A DNA stretch of 63,240 nucleotides from Guillardia theta CCMP2712. Lineage: Eukaryota > Protista > Cryptophyta. Below the pieces are notes generated by a model. It did not search any database. It was given only the letters and a program-made list of their open reading frames with translations, and was not told the DNA's origin. Position numbers and translations under genes: made by a program. The stretch lies in contig NW_005434525.1 of NCBI RefSeq assembly GCF_000315625.1, positions 1-63,240 of the forward strand, written 5' to 3'. Positions 61,389-63,240 of this stretch are shown here, in pieces; the first letter of the stretch is position 1, and every line of letters begins with the position of its first letter.

Positions 61389-62514
61389 TCAGGGCTTCGG
61401 GGTCAGGAGCATGGAGATCAGCCGGGAGCGAACGTCGTCGCTGATGTTCTCCCCGTTGCTGTCCGACTAGCAGGAGGGTCAGGTGAGGGCAGGGAGGTGG
61501 CAGGAGGGCAGTGGAGCACCTGACCGAGAACCTTGAGCGCCCTCCCGATCGCTTCGACCGCCATCTCCGTCCTGAGAAGAAAGTGAGCGAGGAGGAGGAG
61601 GAGGAGGAGGAGGAGGAGGAGGAGGAGGAGGAGGAAAGCAAGGAGGAGCGAATGGAGGGAGCAGGACGAGGACAAGAAGGAGGAGGAGAGTAGGGGGAGG
61701 TAGACAGAAGAGAAGGGGGTGAGCGGAGCAAGAGGTGAGAAAGGCAGAGTTGTTTGCTCGCGGGGGAGAGGGGGCGCAGGGGCCGGGGAAGAGAGGAGAA
61801 GAGAGGAAGAGAATGTGTGGCAAGGTAGGAAATCACAGCTGAAGGAGGATACGGGGAGGAAATGACACTCACTTGGACGCGCTCTTGGGGCGAGAACTGT
61901 GCGGGGCTGATGGCAAACAGACGGTGAGAAGAGAATAGAGTGAAGAGAAGAAGAACAGGGGTGGAGAAGAGAAAGAAAAAGAGAAAGGACGGGGGAAGGA
62001 GGAACAGGAAGGAAGAGGAGGAACGGAAAGGAGAACAGGAAGGGAGGAGCAGGAGTAGGAGCACGAGCACGAGCAGGGAGGGAGAGAGCAGTGGGGAGAA
62101 AGGGAGGGAGGAGGAAGCAGGAGCAGGAGGAGCAGAGAGGGAGGAAGAGGAGCAGGAAGGGAGAGAGGGAGGAGGAGGAGCAGGAGGAGCATAGTGATGG
62201 TGATGGGGGTCGAGGGGTAGACCTGCGTTGCCTGTCTGTCTGTCCTGCAGGGAGAAGAGCTCTGAAGGAAGCAAGCTGCTCCTGTTGGCTGCGACATCTG
62301 GCGTGGGAAGGGGATGAGGAGTCCGCTGATCGGCTGCGGGAGTAGAAGCGGGAGGGAGGTGAGAGAAGCAATACAATGATGAGACGCCAAGCGAAGAAGG
62401 TGAGGGTGAGAACAGGAGGAGGTTGAGGACGACGACGACGACGATGGAGATGGAGATGGAGATGATGATAATGATGATGATGGAGATGATGATGGAGATG
62501 ATGTTGATGATGGA

Positions 62515-62556
<42 letters not shown>

Positions 62557-63240
62557 AATGGTTGTGGTGGTGAAAATCTGTGACAAGAGAGCAACAGCGT
62601 TTCACCTGTCCAGGTCACAACCTGAGATGCCTCCTTGTGCTCTAGCAAGGCTTGCAGCCTGTCGACAAGTCACGTACCCTCAAGCTCTCACTCTCTTCCT
62701 GATCCTCCCACCTGCGAACTTTGTTCGCCGTCACTGGTGCCATGCTGTCAAGATGAGAGCCTGTGATGTGAAGCAGATCCTCCACCTGATCCGAGTAAAC
62801 TCACTCCTCCTCCTCCTCCTCCCTCCTCGTCCTCGTCCTCGTCCTCGTCCTCCCCCCTCCTCGTCCTCGTCCTCGTCCTCGCCCTCTCAGACCTTCCGCA
62901 CTCCCATGCCCTTCAGCACGTCGTAATCCATCCACAAGTCGTTCTCCTCCAGCAGCTCCACCAGCTCGAGGGTGGATGTTCGCGCCTGCGCTGAAGTGAG
63001 GGACAGCTGGGATGGGAGCTCAGGACAAGCGATCGACCTTGCTCGATGCGGTTGGCAAGGAGTGACCGACACACTGCTGAGAGAGGTCAAGAGGAGGAGG
63101 AGGAGGAGGAGGAGGAGGAGGAGGAGGAGGAGGAGGAGGAGGAGGAGGAGGAGGAGGAGATCGGCGAAGGAGGTGATAGTGAGGAGGAGGAGGAGGTGAC
63201 GGAGGTTGGCGTGTGGGGGTGGGAGGATGAGGGTGAGAGT
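61389..63240 (-). CDS. 3' exons (SAM region and tail) of a paralog of the hybrid kinase gene, entering from the right edge
   Basis: Inverted near-identical copy of ~27450-29479. The most protein-like last frame ends ..DVRSRLISMLLTPKP* (TGA 61389-61391). Confidence 0.8.

Overview
Eukaryotic nuclear DNA. It has short GT-AG introns filled with (CCT)n, (CTCCTG)n and (GAT)n microsatellites and three N-gaps. Composition and gene content suggest a cryptophyte alga of the Guillardia/Hanusia type (inference, not verified). From left to right: 3' exons of an unknown gene; a perfect 55-bp tandem array beside an intronless phage-type DUF1281/YubB gene; and a nucleotide-signalling trio. The trio is a two-domain membrane class III cyclase with swapped C2-C1 order and GC-type residues, a membrane protein with a discoidin-like ectodomain and a RelA/SpoT-like nucleotidyltransferase tail, and a multi-exon hybrid histidine kinase-receiver-degenerate cyclase-SAM protein. 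Next come an AT-rich virus-like insert (31-bp perfect inverted repeat, 58-bp direct repeat, truncated fibre gene), a 34-bp satellite with higher-order structure, an RWP-RK factor, a ~10-kb Kelch/Cys-rich multi-pass receptor gene, a GYxGHVPG-repeat protein and a degenerate TIR-like protein. The window ends with an intact HARBI1-like nuclease head-to-head with a Harbinger relic and an inverted paralogous copy of the kinase 3' end. The best candidates for new biology are the receptor-like RelA/SpoT protein within the cyclase cluster and the endogenous viral fragment. All domain calls come from motifs read by eye, and exon boundaries are approximate.
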